The notes: a model not told the origin generated them from the letters alone. Numbered from the whole stretch's first letter, positions 13,177 to 25,515 are shown. The stretch is 59,974 nucleotides of DNA, filler included, from Hausera hauseri (GCA_046269625.1; 12 parts of 12 records of this genome joined end to end with filler, not necessarily neighbours in it), one strand, 5' to 3'. A program made the numbers and translations.

Positions 13177-14780
13177 TGTCAGGGTCTAATTATACACCCG
13201 TCACGTTATATTCCCGCTGTTTGTCCCATGGCCGTGGGTCGCGCGGCGCGCAGTGCGGGCATAACGCGTCGCGTCTCTGGCTCTAGCCAGCCCATTTTTT
13301 CCATTTTCATTTTTAAATACGACACATATTTACACACGTACCACAAATCATGATACCTTAGGAAAAGAGCTATATACTTCAATCTTACATCCACCGACAT
13401 GTCTGGCTTTGCCTTGTTTTTCAATGACTTTATCATCCGTCCACATGATTGTCCGTGTAGCTTGCTTTTTCATTCCTTTTCATCCATTTGTGTCACGCTC
13501 CAGCCTAAACTCTATGGTGGTTCTGACTCAAATTTTGATACGATAAAAAATCGCCTAACATAACCTTCGTGTCGCTAACTCCTTCCTCCTTTTCACACTT
13601 TCAGTGCATCGATTTTTTCCTTGATAGTCAGAATTCCAGAACATGGCTATATTTCCACGCCAAGTGGCTAGCCTCACACAAAATCACCGATTCATTCTAG
13701 AAAGCCAATTGTTTACTTATTCATCTGCCGCCCAACATAAAATCTTTCCTCACTAATCTATCTGATATTTTCAATCAATCCGACTCCTACAAATCTCTAT
13801 TGGACGCCGTAACTACATCAACGGAGCCTTCGCTAGACTCAATAATTCAAAACTACTTCAACAAAAATGCTCTTGGCCAGCAAAAACATTTAGAATTTCT
13901 TCGAACCTCACTCTCACAACTAAATTCACTAGGCGTGAACCAACAAAATTTTAACTTATCTTCTCAGACGTTATTTTTTATCACCTTTGCCAATTCAAAT
14001 CCGCGCATTCCTCACTGTAGTGAGGATTCTACGTCGTTATACAAACCGGCGCAACTTGCGAGCAAAAGTTATGAAATTTTTCACAACAATAATGTACATA
14101 CAACTATTTCAGCTTTACAAGCAACGCAATCACCAACAATAGTTGCACTTCTACAGTCAACAAACTCATCAAACAACGCAAACAATATAGTCAATGAAAT
14201 TCAAAATTTTCAAGCCGAAAATGCGGCCTTACATCAGGCTATTTCAGCTATATCTAGCAGACTCGCCACCTTGTCCTTTCCTCGTCGTGATCAATTTAGC
14301 GCAAATCGAAGCAGACAGTCGTCTGTAAACTCCGGGCGTGCCTAGTCACCTTCCCGACGGATGGTGTGCTATTATCACACCAAATTCAATCGAAATGCTA
14401 AAAAATACTGTATAGGCTGTAAATTTTATACACAGAATTTCCAATCACGCGATGTAGTCTGCATCTATCACAGTAAGTTCAAAGGCAATGCAAAACGCTG
14501 CTTATCTGGGTGTATATTTTGTACCCAAAACACTCCAACTTCTTTATCTACTCAAAAAACGCCTAAAGCCGCCAGAAACTACGGAAAATTCTGGAAATGG
14601 CCATCTTTCATCACTTAACAGCCGTACTAATGCTGTTCTCCTATTAGGCGCTACACTCACATCTTCTGCACACCATACTAAATTCTTGATTGATTCGAGT
14701 GCAGCCGTCTCATTACTACATTCATCTTTTCGTTCTTTAAAAATTCTTTTAACCTCTGCTAGGCTATTTTCTGCCATTCA
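13177..14780 (+). mobile_element. Gypsy family A fragment: leader, gag and start of protease
   Basis: EPSLDSIIQNYFNKNALG, double Cys/His motif CYYHTKF..CIGC / CIYHSKF..CLSGC, and FLIDSSAAVSLL. Homologous to 6469-7900. Confidence 0.88.
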
Positions 14781-15334
14781 CTGCCACCAAAGTGAAAGTA
14801 AAAGTAGATAAAAATTTTTTTTGTGTAGTTCTGTCTTTTGGAATTTAACCTATCTCATTTTTGTGAACTAATTGTTAAAAGATTTTCGCGTTCACATATC
14901 AGAGGAATTTTCAGAATTATATTTTCATTGAGACAGTTGAGCAACCTACAGTATAACGGAAAAGATTGTTGTTTCAACATTCCTTTGAAGATACAATCGA
15001 ATCATTAAAATGTTTCAAGTCAGGAAATGATTTAATCATTATTATGTTTCTAAAAAGCCTGATCTACCATTATTGTCCTCGGCTCCAAAGAGGTCGACTC
15101 GATTAATTCTTGATCGACTATTCAATGTTGAAGGAGATAAAGGAAAAGTTAGTGACCCAATCTTTTGTGGGATTCCTATTAAAGCCAATATTGACGTGAT
15201 TTGTTTTGGTGGTGACATGCAGATCAGATTTGATGACAGAAAATTGAATTATGGTTCTTTATTTGTTTGCTTCTCAATAAATCCGATGTCAACCAGTGGA
15301 ATTTTGTATATAACTACAGTAAAATCCCCCCGTG

Positions 15335-15411
15335 TGCCGTCTACTTGTTTTGTTGGGGTGTCATCAACTTTTTCTGGGGGTAAGTTGATTCTCCAAAAGC
15401 GCAAGTTTTCA
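15335..15411 (+). repeat. 77-bp terminal direct repeat, copy 2
   Basis: Exact match to 11207-11283. Confidence 0.97.
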
Positions 15412-16173
15412 NNNNNNNNNNNNNNNNNNNNNNNNNNNNNNNNNNNNNNNNNNNNTTAATTAATTAANNNNNNNNNNNNNNNNNNNNNNNNNNNNNNNNN
15501 NNNNNNNNNNNCTGGAATTGCTGTTGCTTTTTCTCCATCTCAATTAACACTGAGACCGGTTGCTGTGAAAAGGACTATGGAAGGAGCACCTAGGCTTTCC
15601 TGCTGTCCCGATGGCGGTGTCCAATACTTGGCTTCCTAGAAGTGATCTACCATAGCTGGGAACTATCTCGATCGACAGTCCGCGGGCCGGTAGGTTTTCT
15701 TACCGCTGCCCAGGAGTCACGACGTGGATGTAGAGGGAGACTTGGCTGACTATGAATAGTATCCCGGGCGCGTTGTGTTGCCAAGAGTCCTCACGGAGAT
15801 CTGCACTCCCAAAATTCTGAAAAGCTGTGGGCTGATTTTCTTATTCTGAAGTATTAAAACTACGTTATTTGCCTCTTATTTCAATCATCTCACTATCTGT
15901 AATGCTGTCGTATCTAATCTGTTTAGACATCCGTTTAAATGCTACCTTTCTTGACTTGCATGACCAGACATAAACCTGTCCTAAAATTTGAATTAAAACA
16001 AACTGATAACTTTAAGTTATTCTCATTAGTAACCTAAAACGTATCTATAATACACAAATAAATTATATGTACAATAGAAGAAAAAAATGAGGAAAATCAC
16101 AAATTGTTAATAATCTGACAGGACTGAATTGCATATTTGAACTGGTCTGTCGGTAAATGTTTTATTTCAAACG

Positions 16174-19100
16174 CTAATGCCCATACGCCCAACTCTTATT
16201 TCGCCCCACCCACTTTCGCTTGTCCTTGTTGCATGACAAAGCAACCTTTTTATTTGTGATGGTATACAGCTGGTTGTCAATCGATCGTATGGTCGCTTGA
16301 GACACAACAGCCTTTCCGTCTCCGTATTCTTTTTGACCATCATAGACACGGTGATACTCACCGTAATTTATTTCTGTCTGTTTCAGGTGGATGCCTTTTG
16401 CCAGCATTTTCGGCCCACAGTTTGTCAGAAGACTGTAACACTTTGGGCGCAAAAATATCCATTCCCTGTATTGAACCCGGCCTCACTTTTGTCCTTGAAG
16501 CAGCCGATTTTGTTTGTTATCGCGCTGCTGTACAATGGATGGTTCTGTGGGTAGTTGGACGTGTCCAGTAGTCCATTTGTCATCATTTGTCGGAGCAACT
16601 GGTCTCAATTGATGTTTCTCAGCTCAATAAAAAGCTATCTGTGTCACTGGCAACGATACTGATTTCACAGCCGCTGCCGCCGAACATTTGCCGGTAACGT
16701 GTCAAGTCGCGATACTGGAGTTCGTACATTAGCAACTTGCTTAGATCCAATACCACTTGTCCGATGTAGCTTGGTCTGTCCAGTACGACTTATTCTTTGT
16801 TTAGAAGCACGGCGACCAATTTATCGTCAATGTGCATTGACCTCCTAAACTGAGCCGTACAGTGAATTGTTTTTGAGCTCGTAATAGTCCTTTTTGAACT
16901 TTGTACAAGCTGCAGCTCGTTTTTATAAATTTTCATCAATGATCACCTTGAATATCGGCGCCTGATTGAAGCAGATTGCACTATGCACCTGTGTGATGCG
17001 TACACCGAGCTGCATGTAAAACAACAGTAGACGCCAATGAATCACGTAATTTGAGTTGGGTTTATGTGTCATGATCAGCTTCTTTACTTTTGTGCTGTCG
17101 GGCAAACATTGGCTAATTGGTGCGACGGGCAGTTCATCCAGAAATTCATACAGCTCATCTGGTATCACTAGATCGACCTCCATCACGTATCCGATTGAGC
17201 CGTTTTCTGTTTTCGTCGTGTCTGGAGCCCTCGACAGATTTTCCAGTATTGTTTCCAGGTCCTGTTTGTCGACTATCCATTGGAATGAACCGTACGGCAA
17301 CGGTTGTGAATGCGCCCAGCCGTACTGGTTATTAATATCAATGTACAATATTCACACTGTATCATCATCATCGTCATCACTAGTTACGTGATGTTTGTTG
17401 ACAAATATAATGCCGCCACGAATACCAATATCAAATAGTCGGTACATTTCCGGGTCTGGCAACATCTCAATTTCCCTGTCCCAACTCATCCCCGGTATAG
17501 ATAAAAGTTTAGCGGAACCAGCCTATCTTCCGCCAACGCCTTACCACGAAATGTCTGAAACACATCGGCTAACAAGTACACGTCTAGTTTCAGGTACTGG
17601 AGCATGTACTCCAACATATTTCTGCAGCCGAGCTCTGTCCACTCTTCCTGTGCTCTGTGGTACTCGTCCTCTGTGACTCCGGCCCACTGTAGCGGCAATT
17701 CATCTGTTGTTTGAAGCCGCTCGTACGACACAGCAAAATCATACGGAATATGTCTTTGATGCGTGCAATATGCGCAGGGAACTGCGTCAGTATTAACGGC
17801 ACATCCGGCAAGGTATTTGCGAGCTTTACTAGAAACTCATTGAGGAACTGCAATAAGTCAAGAAATCGTACCTGAAATCGGTTTATGCGTGCCGATAAGG
17901 ACAGGTACTTCTCCATCGTTGTTGGGATTATGAATAGCTCCCAGTGTGGAAATCCGTTGATAGTCCATTTCAGAATATGGTGACAGTCATAACCCCTGAA
18001 GTTATGAAATATCACCGGCAGGAACGGCCGCACCGTCTTGCCAAATTGCATGAATTGCATGCTGCTCCCAAGTATCGACCAGTTAAATGATCGTGATCCG
18101 GTACGAGCAATTCCTGTACATCGAGCGGCAATATTTTGTGGCACAGGTAACATTCGTCAGTGGCAGCGAAAAGCAGTGGTTCATATTCGTCTGCCCAGAC
18201 CAAGGGTTTAGTGCTATTATTCCAATACCACGGCGCGATTTCCGTTTCCACTATTGTCTCCAACTGATGCAGGAAATCGCGGACACAGTTCCATTCGTGA
18301 AAAACGTAGTATTGTGGTTGTCCGTTGGCTTTAATTGGCACAACCAACATGCCGACGGCGATTGGGACTTGCTTTTGGTCGTAGATATTGTGCCGTGGTA
18401 AAATTGTCTCGATATCGGCATGTACAACATATTCCGGACTGTATATTTTTGACTAGTCACTGAATCTAAGTTTATTTTTGACTGGCATGACATACATTGT
18501 TGTTCCTGTTGCATTTTTCCTGCACAGCGCTACATGATTTTTCAATGTCGCTTGTGACCTAAAGCCATGCAGAAATATGGGACACCATTTGCAGCGTGTG
18601 CGTTTTTGGACAAACGGATCATGGTCCATGTTTAGTAATCTATCCAAATTTGTTACTGCCACATAATGAAAGTTTTCTGCATTCTCCAACAACAACAAAT
18701 TTACTGTACGTTCATTTGAGTTCCGACTGCGGTAGATTATGTCTACATGGGGATTTTGGTATATTTCTTCATCTGTCGGTATCTCTATAATTGTGCTGTA
18801 CCGGAGCACGTTGATTGCCAGTGTCGGATTACGCCGTTCAGAAGCCGGATTGGTTTTGATTTTCATCGGCATCCAACATTTGTCGTTGTCCAATTTTGAG
18901 AAATACTTACTGTACTGCTTTGGACAATTTGTATGATGTCTGGACACTTGATCATATTTCAATATGGCCAGAATGCTGTAAATAAAGGAGCATTTGTCGT
19001 TAGTAATTTGTACATTCACTACCGCCAAAGACTGCTTCAAGGATGCAGGTGTTGGCATGAATGAACATCCGGACAGGTAAATCATGTTACTCGTCTTGGT

Positions 19101-19400
19101 CAGAATAAATACAAGAGTGACAATCTTTACCATTCGCCAGCCGCTGCCTTTCTCCGTATAGTTGGCGATTTTCTCATCGAGCTTTTCGCTAATGTTCTTA
19201 ACGAAATCTTCGGTATATGGCACAGCTCAATGTTACAAGTACCATTGTTTCCTGTCACCTTGCACGTTTTCGAATTCCGCAAGTGCATAATACTGCACTT
19301 TATAGTTATGTTTGAATTTCCGCACTTCAACTTCCAGTCGGTTTCGCACACTGGACTGGACATGTCTCAATTGCATTGTTGTATTCGCTGATATGTTCAC
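16174..19400 (-). pseudogene. polB: Protein-primed family B DNA polymerase (Polinton/adintovirus type) with Zn-finger and endonuclease VII-like insert
   Basis: Exonuclease region FHNFRGYDCHHIL and YLKLDVYLLADVF; motif A YIDINNQYG; motif B KDYYELKNNSLYG; motif C SDTDS; LDTSNYP..IGCFKD..LRPKCYSLL; EndoVII-like CYLC..DHDHLTGRYLGAACNSCNL; upstream HYVAVTNLDRLL..CKWC..H..C. Many frameshifts. The start is approximate. Confidence 0.9.
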
Positions 19401-19630
19401 CTTCATGTCTACGTACGATTTGTTTAAATCGTACTTGACGGTAATGGGTGGTTACTTCTGGTCATGTTGCTGCTGCTGCTGCTCTTGCTTACTGCTGCTT
19501 CTTTGGCGTATTCGTCAAGGTTTATTGATGCTTGGCGTTTCCTACTGGTTGTTGTTGTTGTTGTAGTTGTTGTTGAGGGGATGCTTCTTTTTGTTGAATC
19601 CACGACTAGTTGCTTTTTGGACCGCTTAAA

Positions 19631-19849
19631 CTAGTTTAAGTGGTCCTTGTGTTGATTATAGAATTGTTCATAGTTGATTTTATCATCAAATATAAAACAA
19701 GAACAACAACCGGGACAAACATAGGCCCATTTACTGTGCAGCATTGTGGTGATGCCATAGTACTGTTCCATTGCAGTATGGCAACTATCAACGTTATGCA
19801 CTCTACTAGTACAGTATTGTGGGTATGTGGGGCAATGCTCAAGCATCAT
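19631..19849 (-). CDS. Small Cys/His-rich hypothetical protein, possibly Zn-binding
   Basis: 72-aa ORF with a decayed upstream paralog at ~19860-20050 sharing the Cys/Tyr/His pattern. Confidence 0.45.
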   Translation of the reverse strand: MMLEHCPTYPQYCTSRVHNVDSCHTAMEQYYGITTMLHSKWAYVCPGCCSCFIFDDKINYEQFYNQHKDHLN

Positions 19850-20225
19850 CTTCTTGAATTACGTAAACGTCCCGAGATGATGCTTGTGCATCTCGTAAAA
19901 GTCGGCATACGGGCACTAGGTTGAAGTATTGCACGTGGGACATAGATATGTGTCTGTCCCCACAGAATAATGCTTTGCCATCTGCTTATGGCACTACTCC
20001 TCATCTACGCATATGCATGATGGGCAATACACGGGATAATGTTTGCATTTCTGAATGAGAAACAAACTAAAGTAAGCGTAAAATGCAATATATATGTATA
20101 TTAACTTATTAATACTTTAAATTAAAATAAAAGACTACTTCTATGGTGGGGTGGCGTGGTGGTGGTTGTAGTGGTCTAAGGGCGACTATAAATATTTGCC
20201 ACTCAATGTAACAAGTAAACGAGAG

Positions 20226-20510
20226 ATGGAAGAGTACATAGAAAGTGAGATTCAGAGATTGACCGATGACATTTTGACCGGCTATGTGTTTGATGTTCAG
20301 TACATATGTGAGCTGTCAGAAATGAGAATAATGAGCAGGCGAGAATATATTGAATTGATAGTCAGATCTCTGTTCGTAAAACTTATTGAGGATGAAATAA
20401 TACAAAAACGACAACAACAACAACAACGACGACGAATTAATTTCCTCATTGGACTTGTATTTACTGTTTCGCTTTGTATTGTAATGAAAAAGTTTATTGA
20501 CCTTATTTAA
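20226..20510 (+). CDS. Small hypothetical protein with C-terminal transmembrane segment
   Basis: ATG-start ORF MEEYIESEIQ..RRRINFLIGLVFTVSLCIVMKK, with a TATAAA motif at ~20187. Confidence 0.5.
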   Translation: MEEYIESEIQRLTDDILTGYVFDVQYICELSEMRIMSRREYIELIVRSLFVKLIEDEIIQKRQQQQQRRRINFLIGLVFTVSLCIVMKKFIDLI

Positions 20511-21170
20511 CCACAAATATATAATTTCGCTACGTGTTTGTTTTTATTTTGTGTGTGTGTGTTCAAGCTACACTGCAGTATAAATATTTGTGCTTCTTCT
20601 TTCTTCTCATAAGATTATACAACCTCTCACTTGACGACACAACTCATTAGCTTATACCACTCATTCGACGGTGTCTAAAACCACCTGTACAATCTAGATC
20701 GACCTTTGGACACTGCTTGATATTTGCCTCCGGAAGAGCAACTTTTACGTGCTGAGCAGAATTGAAGGGAACGAGAACCCTACTTACGCCATATGAAGCA
20801 GGTAGTTGGTGATATGGAATTTTTATTCCAAAAGATTTTTTGCACATATGAAAAAATGATGACGTTGGACGATAATCCTTGTCAAGTACGTCAATTTATG
20901 ACCGGTTTTGTCAAACGTGGTAGTAGTTGTAGTCAGACGGATTACATTCCTACGTGGCAGTCAGCAAATGAAATTTTCTTAAAGCAATATTGCAATATGA
21001 TTAATTCCGATGGTCTCGATCATTCTTCTTCTTCTTCTTCCGAATTGGTTAATCTCTGTGGTTTGTGTAATTCGAATTGACTCGAACGATTTAGTAGCAG
21101 TAGCAGTACTTGTACAAAAAAGAATAAAATTTTGATGTAAACTTTGTTTTTTCGTTACTCAAAACGATCA

Positions 21171-21436
21171 TTATAGTGAGGTAGGTGGGAAAAGGTGTTG
21201 TCCAAAAACTAAGTCAAACAAAAAATGTTTGTTATAGTCAGATAGGTGGGGAAATGGTATTGCCCCAAAACTAGGTCACAAAATTTTTAAAAATTTGTTA
21301 TAGTCAGATAGGTGGGGAAATGGTATTGCCCCAAAACTAGGTCACAAAATTTTTAAAAATTTGTTATAGTCAGATAGGTGGGGAAATGGTATTGCCCCAA
21401 AACTAGGTCACAAAATTTTTAAAAATTTGTTATAGT
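21171..21436. repeat. 66-bp tandem repeat: three exact copies, a partial copy and one degenerate copy
   Basis: gttatagt unit starts at 21231, 21297, 21363 and 21429 (partial). A diverged unit lies at ~21171-21230. Confidence 0.95.
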
Positions 21437-22139
21437 NNNNNNNNNNNNNNNNNNNNNNNNNNNNNNNNNNNNNNNNNNNNTTAATTAATTAANNNNNNNN
21501 NNNNNNNNNNNNNNNNNNNNNNNNNNNNNNNNNNNNTTTTCACTGAGTTTTAAATAATTACAACCTGACTTGTGCAGCTTGAATAATTGCCATCTTTAGC
21601 AGCTTAGACTGTTTTTGAACCTCACACTCAGTGAGATAGAATAAGGAGTCATATTGTAGGAGATTGACAACTGACACATCACGCTTGAGCGCAAGTGTGT
21701 TCGCACAGTCGTTTCTGTTCTTAGATGGGAGGATCAAGTCAAGATTATGTGAGTCATGGCTCTCCTTCTAGTACATTAATGTTGCTCGATTTTTATCAGG
21801 AATTATTAAATACCAGATAATGATTGATTGGAGTATCAGGAATCAATGTCCACTATATTGCTAGATGTGAGTAGCACACATTAATGTTTAGATATTTCTT
21901 TCATTCAATTGTCAGAAATCCACGTATAGCAGATGTTGTTTATTGTGAGATTAAGGAATCAGCGTGCTTAGTTTGAGCATACGTAATCAATGTATCATAC
22001 ATATATGATGACTGATATCTGAATTATTGGTAGCGGGTGTTGAAATAAAAATTGTCGAATTGTGTATTATGTTTGGATGACGTCCTACTTGTCTGTCTCT
22101 GGCGTCCATTATTGCACCGTGAGTTCACCACTTTTGTAC

Positions 22140-22960
22140 ACACCCTCATCAAAATATGAAGGTCAGAACAAACATTTTCAACATGGTCAGTAGAAACGTG
22201 GGTTTGAACATCAGACTCAGAAAGACAACAATGAGGACTGAATGTTGAAAACCCAGCACCAATTGCTATAGAAAGCCAGAATATTAAACAGACAAAACAC
22301 GTTCGTATATCTTGGTAGCCTAATGACACCAGTCAGCGGAACAGGTAAGGGGACATCAGTGGTACAGTGGTAGAATAAACAAGGCAAGAATAACCTGGCT
22401 AGACTAAACAACATTTGCTTATCTAATCCCCTACAAGACGCAGATCAAAATCAAAATATACCAAAGCTATGTTATATAAGTGCTGCTGTATGGAGCAGAG
22501 TGTTAGAAAGCATCCGAAAAAGTTCTCATCATTCCAGATATCATCATCATCAGTCGTTTGGTGAAGACCGTCAATACAGTCATTATCAAGCACGCCATGA
22601 AGCACATCATATGGCAGCAAGAAATTCTCTACACTTTCTCTGTCAGTAGTAAGCCTCTATAGAGTGTTTCAGTTGTACTATTCAATAAAGAAAATTTCGC
22701 AGAGTATTTTGGCCACAAACCACTAGTAACCAGGAACTCTTCGCCCGACGCGGGCATGACGATTTACACAGAGTTATAAAACACGACAAGGGGATAGATT
22801 CTCCAAGTCATCGGGTAGGATCCAGAGACATACGATTATGAGACTGAAGACAGTCTAGCGCAGAAGAGTGGAAGCGAAATTTAGCAGCATGTAGCACAGA
22901 TCGGACACTATAAACAGACTGGCTGCAGATCGAGAAAAGTCGAGACGTCTTGGATGATGA
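22140..22960 (+). mobile_element. RTE-clade LINE, decayed RT C-terminal and 3' fragment
   Basis: VGLNI..KT, YLGS, RINKAR, KIKIYQSYV..VLLYGAEC and 3' LAADREK motifs. Confidence 0.7.
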
Positions 22961-23699
22961 TTACTTTGACTGTCTTCTTCTAAGGACAGGTGATGACGCC
23001 CATTATTTAATAGAGAAACAGATGGATGGATAGATAAATGAGTGGTGAATGAGTTGATGGATATACAGATATATACAGAAAATCGCTAACAGAATTTGTA
23101 TAATATACAACTAGAAAGAATGAGCTAACTCAAAATAATTTTATTTGCCGGATTTCTTTTTTAATTTATTTTCTACAACGATGATAGGTTCAGAAAGTCT
23201 CAAATTCAATTGCCCGAGAAGTTTTCTTTGATATATTGTTGTCATGTCATCTGCTTTATAAATAATTTTATACTTGGTGAATAAACCATTGTGGCTTGAA
23301 CTTAAAGGGGCGATTCTCGACTTACTGAAAAAATGCAGAAAAAATGAATATGTGAATTATCACAAGCTTTCAATTAACAAGAAAATGAATAAAATCAAAT
23401 GAAGAAATTAGTTTCTTCCATATTTTTATAACACTAAGTCTATTTTTCTCCACTCCGGTTACAATTTTTAATTCTTTTTATTCCCGTAACAGCCAGAAGA
23501 AAGGTTGATGTTCGCTCGGATGCTGAAATCGGGTTGCTATAGGTCTCATCTAAATAATGGGAAATGCTTACAACCAAAGAAACCGTACCTGCCCGAATGG
23601 TCTGATCTCCAGAGTCGGTACACCCTGCTTTAACCAACACGGAAATGGCGAATCAAGAGTATCTGGGGTCAATAAACCAGACGCCCAGTTTACTGGGGT

Positions 23700-24470
23700 T
23701 ATCATCATTAGGTGCCATGCTGCGAAACGTAGGCCGTCATTGACCTCTATTTCTCGTTATTCCAGGTGTCCCAAATCATCTCTGTTGTTGACCTACTTCT
23801 GAGCCATTCTTGCAAACCATCCAGACACTTCATTCTGTGGCGTTAACTACTTCTGTTTCCTGATATTTTGCATGTGGTGACCAAGTTCTCTTCTTAAAAT
23901 ATAGCCAATCTTTCTGATCTTACTGCGTCTGCTTCTTGTAAAACATTTTCACTTGGTCCAATGGATTTTTAACATTCTTCTGAGAAACCATATCTCTGTT
24001 GAGAAATTTCTAATTGTACTCAATGTCCAAGATTCGCAGTCATTAGAATGGGTTCGATATAACACTGGAGGACTCTCTTTCTTAATGGTAATGACAGATC
24101 TGGAATGATGTTTTTGCCTGTGAAATTCTACATATGATTTCCGTGTCACATCTGCCATCTAATGTTACAAGAGTTCCAAAATATTTGAATTTCTGCACCT
24201 GTTGTACTTTTGTCGATTTTATCATTACATTGCACACTGGTGGTTCGTTTTTCTTATTACCGTGTTTAGTATCTCTTGTAAATCACTTGACACTGTTGTA
24301 GATATCATTTAAGAGTGTTGTTGTGATTTCAATTCCAAAATCACCTAATGCCTCTAATTCTTCAAATATTATAGTGTCTGGACCTGGTGCTTAACCCCTT
24401 CTTCATTTGTTTAATAGCTTCTCTTAATTCGTCTACATATATTGGTGGACCCTGCTCATAGATATTATCA
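23700..24470 (-). mobile_element. RTE-clade LINE 3' fragment
   Basis: APGPD at ~24380, KFKYFG..DGRCDTEI..RISQAK, and a 3' end RSMTAYVSQHGT* followed by a short (TGA)n tail. Confidence 0.75.
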
Positions 24471-24659
24471 GTTATTTATGGTCTATTATCATTAAATGTC
24501 TTGTCTTATCCTATCTTTGATCCACAGTCATCGAGCGTCAGCTCTTGTTGACCTTGATGCCAATATGTGATACTGTGCAGTTTTAATAAGCTGTTGTGGG
24601 TTGCCATATAGGATATTGTCTAGGTTAGGATTCACAGGCAGTAGAGTTCATCATGGCTT

Positions 24660-24830
24660 CTGGAGTGTAGAGCAAGACAGCAGGTGGTGCTTCACAGTCT
24701 CATTTTGATGTGCACGATGTCTGCATCTTACTGTAGTCTGCGGGGCCAGTCTGCTTCTGTGAGCATTTAGTGTAAAGTGGCCAGTTCTTAACCTGAAGAT
24801 CTGTGTTTGGTACTTTGGGTTTTAGCCTCT
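24660..24830 (-). mobile_element. I-group non-LTR element, C-terminal CCHC fragment
   Basis: QIFRLRTGHFTLNAH..C..ETVKHHLLSC motif. Confidence 0.65.
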
Positions 24831-24939
24831 GCCCACTTATTCATCCAATCCTCGCTACAATTATTTTTGATTATGTTTTGCTGTTGCCAAACTTAGTGGA
24901 TGTTCTATCTGTGGCATTTGCGCTCCTCAAGGGGTCGTG

Positions 24940-25140
24940 GAAGATGATCTGAAATCAAGAATTGGAAAAGCTAGACAAGCATTCGCATTATTGAAGAGCA
25001 TATGGAAATGCAAACAGTTAACTGTTAAAACCAAGATACCAACATTCAACAGTAACGTGAAAGCAGTCCTGCTGTATGGAGCATAAACATGGAAAATGAC
25101 ACTGAAGATTACAAAGAGACTGAGACCATCATAAACCTTC
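24940..25140 (+). mobile_element. RTE-clade LINE RT C-terminal fragment
   Basis: DLKSRIGKARQAFALLKSIWK..KTKIPTFNSNVKAVLLYGA*TW. Confidence 0.8.
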
Positions 25141-25339
25141 AAAAACCGGTTTAAGACATATATTACACATATACTGAACAATGCCCCACAAATAAGCAGC
25201 AGAGGTAAGTAACAAAACATTTAGACTGCCCAAACAATGTGAGGAGAATCCTAAAGTTAGTCCGGCCAGACGATTTAGTGAGAACCAGGTCATGCAACAT
25301 AAACCACTTTCAATACTCTTCTTCTTCAGACGCCTTCAG

Positions 25340-25515
25340 ACGTCAACTTGAATATTACAGCTTGTTTTGTGCCGCCACTGGGGATGGGCACAGAAGATTT
25401 CTCTGTTGCTCGTATAATGGGCATTCCTGCATTAGGTGTTCACCTGTTATTTTCTCATTGCCGTATTCACATTCATCAGTGGTTCCTATCCTAAATCTTT
25501 TGAACACGTGGTACT
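25340..25515 (-). mobile_element. Second I-group non-LTR C-terminal fragment
   Basis: HVFKRFRIGTTDECEYG..TGEHLMQECPLY motif. Confidence 0.5.

Larger units (their letters stand above)
16174..21436. mobile_element. Fragment of a Polinton/Maverick-like endogenous DNA virus
   Basis: pPolB plus compact intronless small ORFs and a tandem repeat array running off the contig end. No capsid, ATPase or integrase lies within the contig. Confidence 0.7.

Noticed and set aside
15512-15800. Structured RNA or ribozyme in a GC-richer patch
   Set aside because: I could not fit a hammerhead or HDV core by eye. It may be a TE untranslated region; an Infernal search would be needed.
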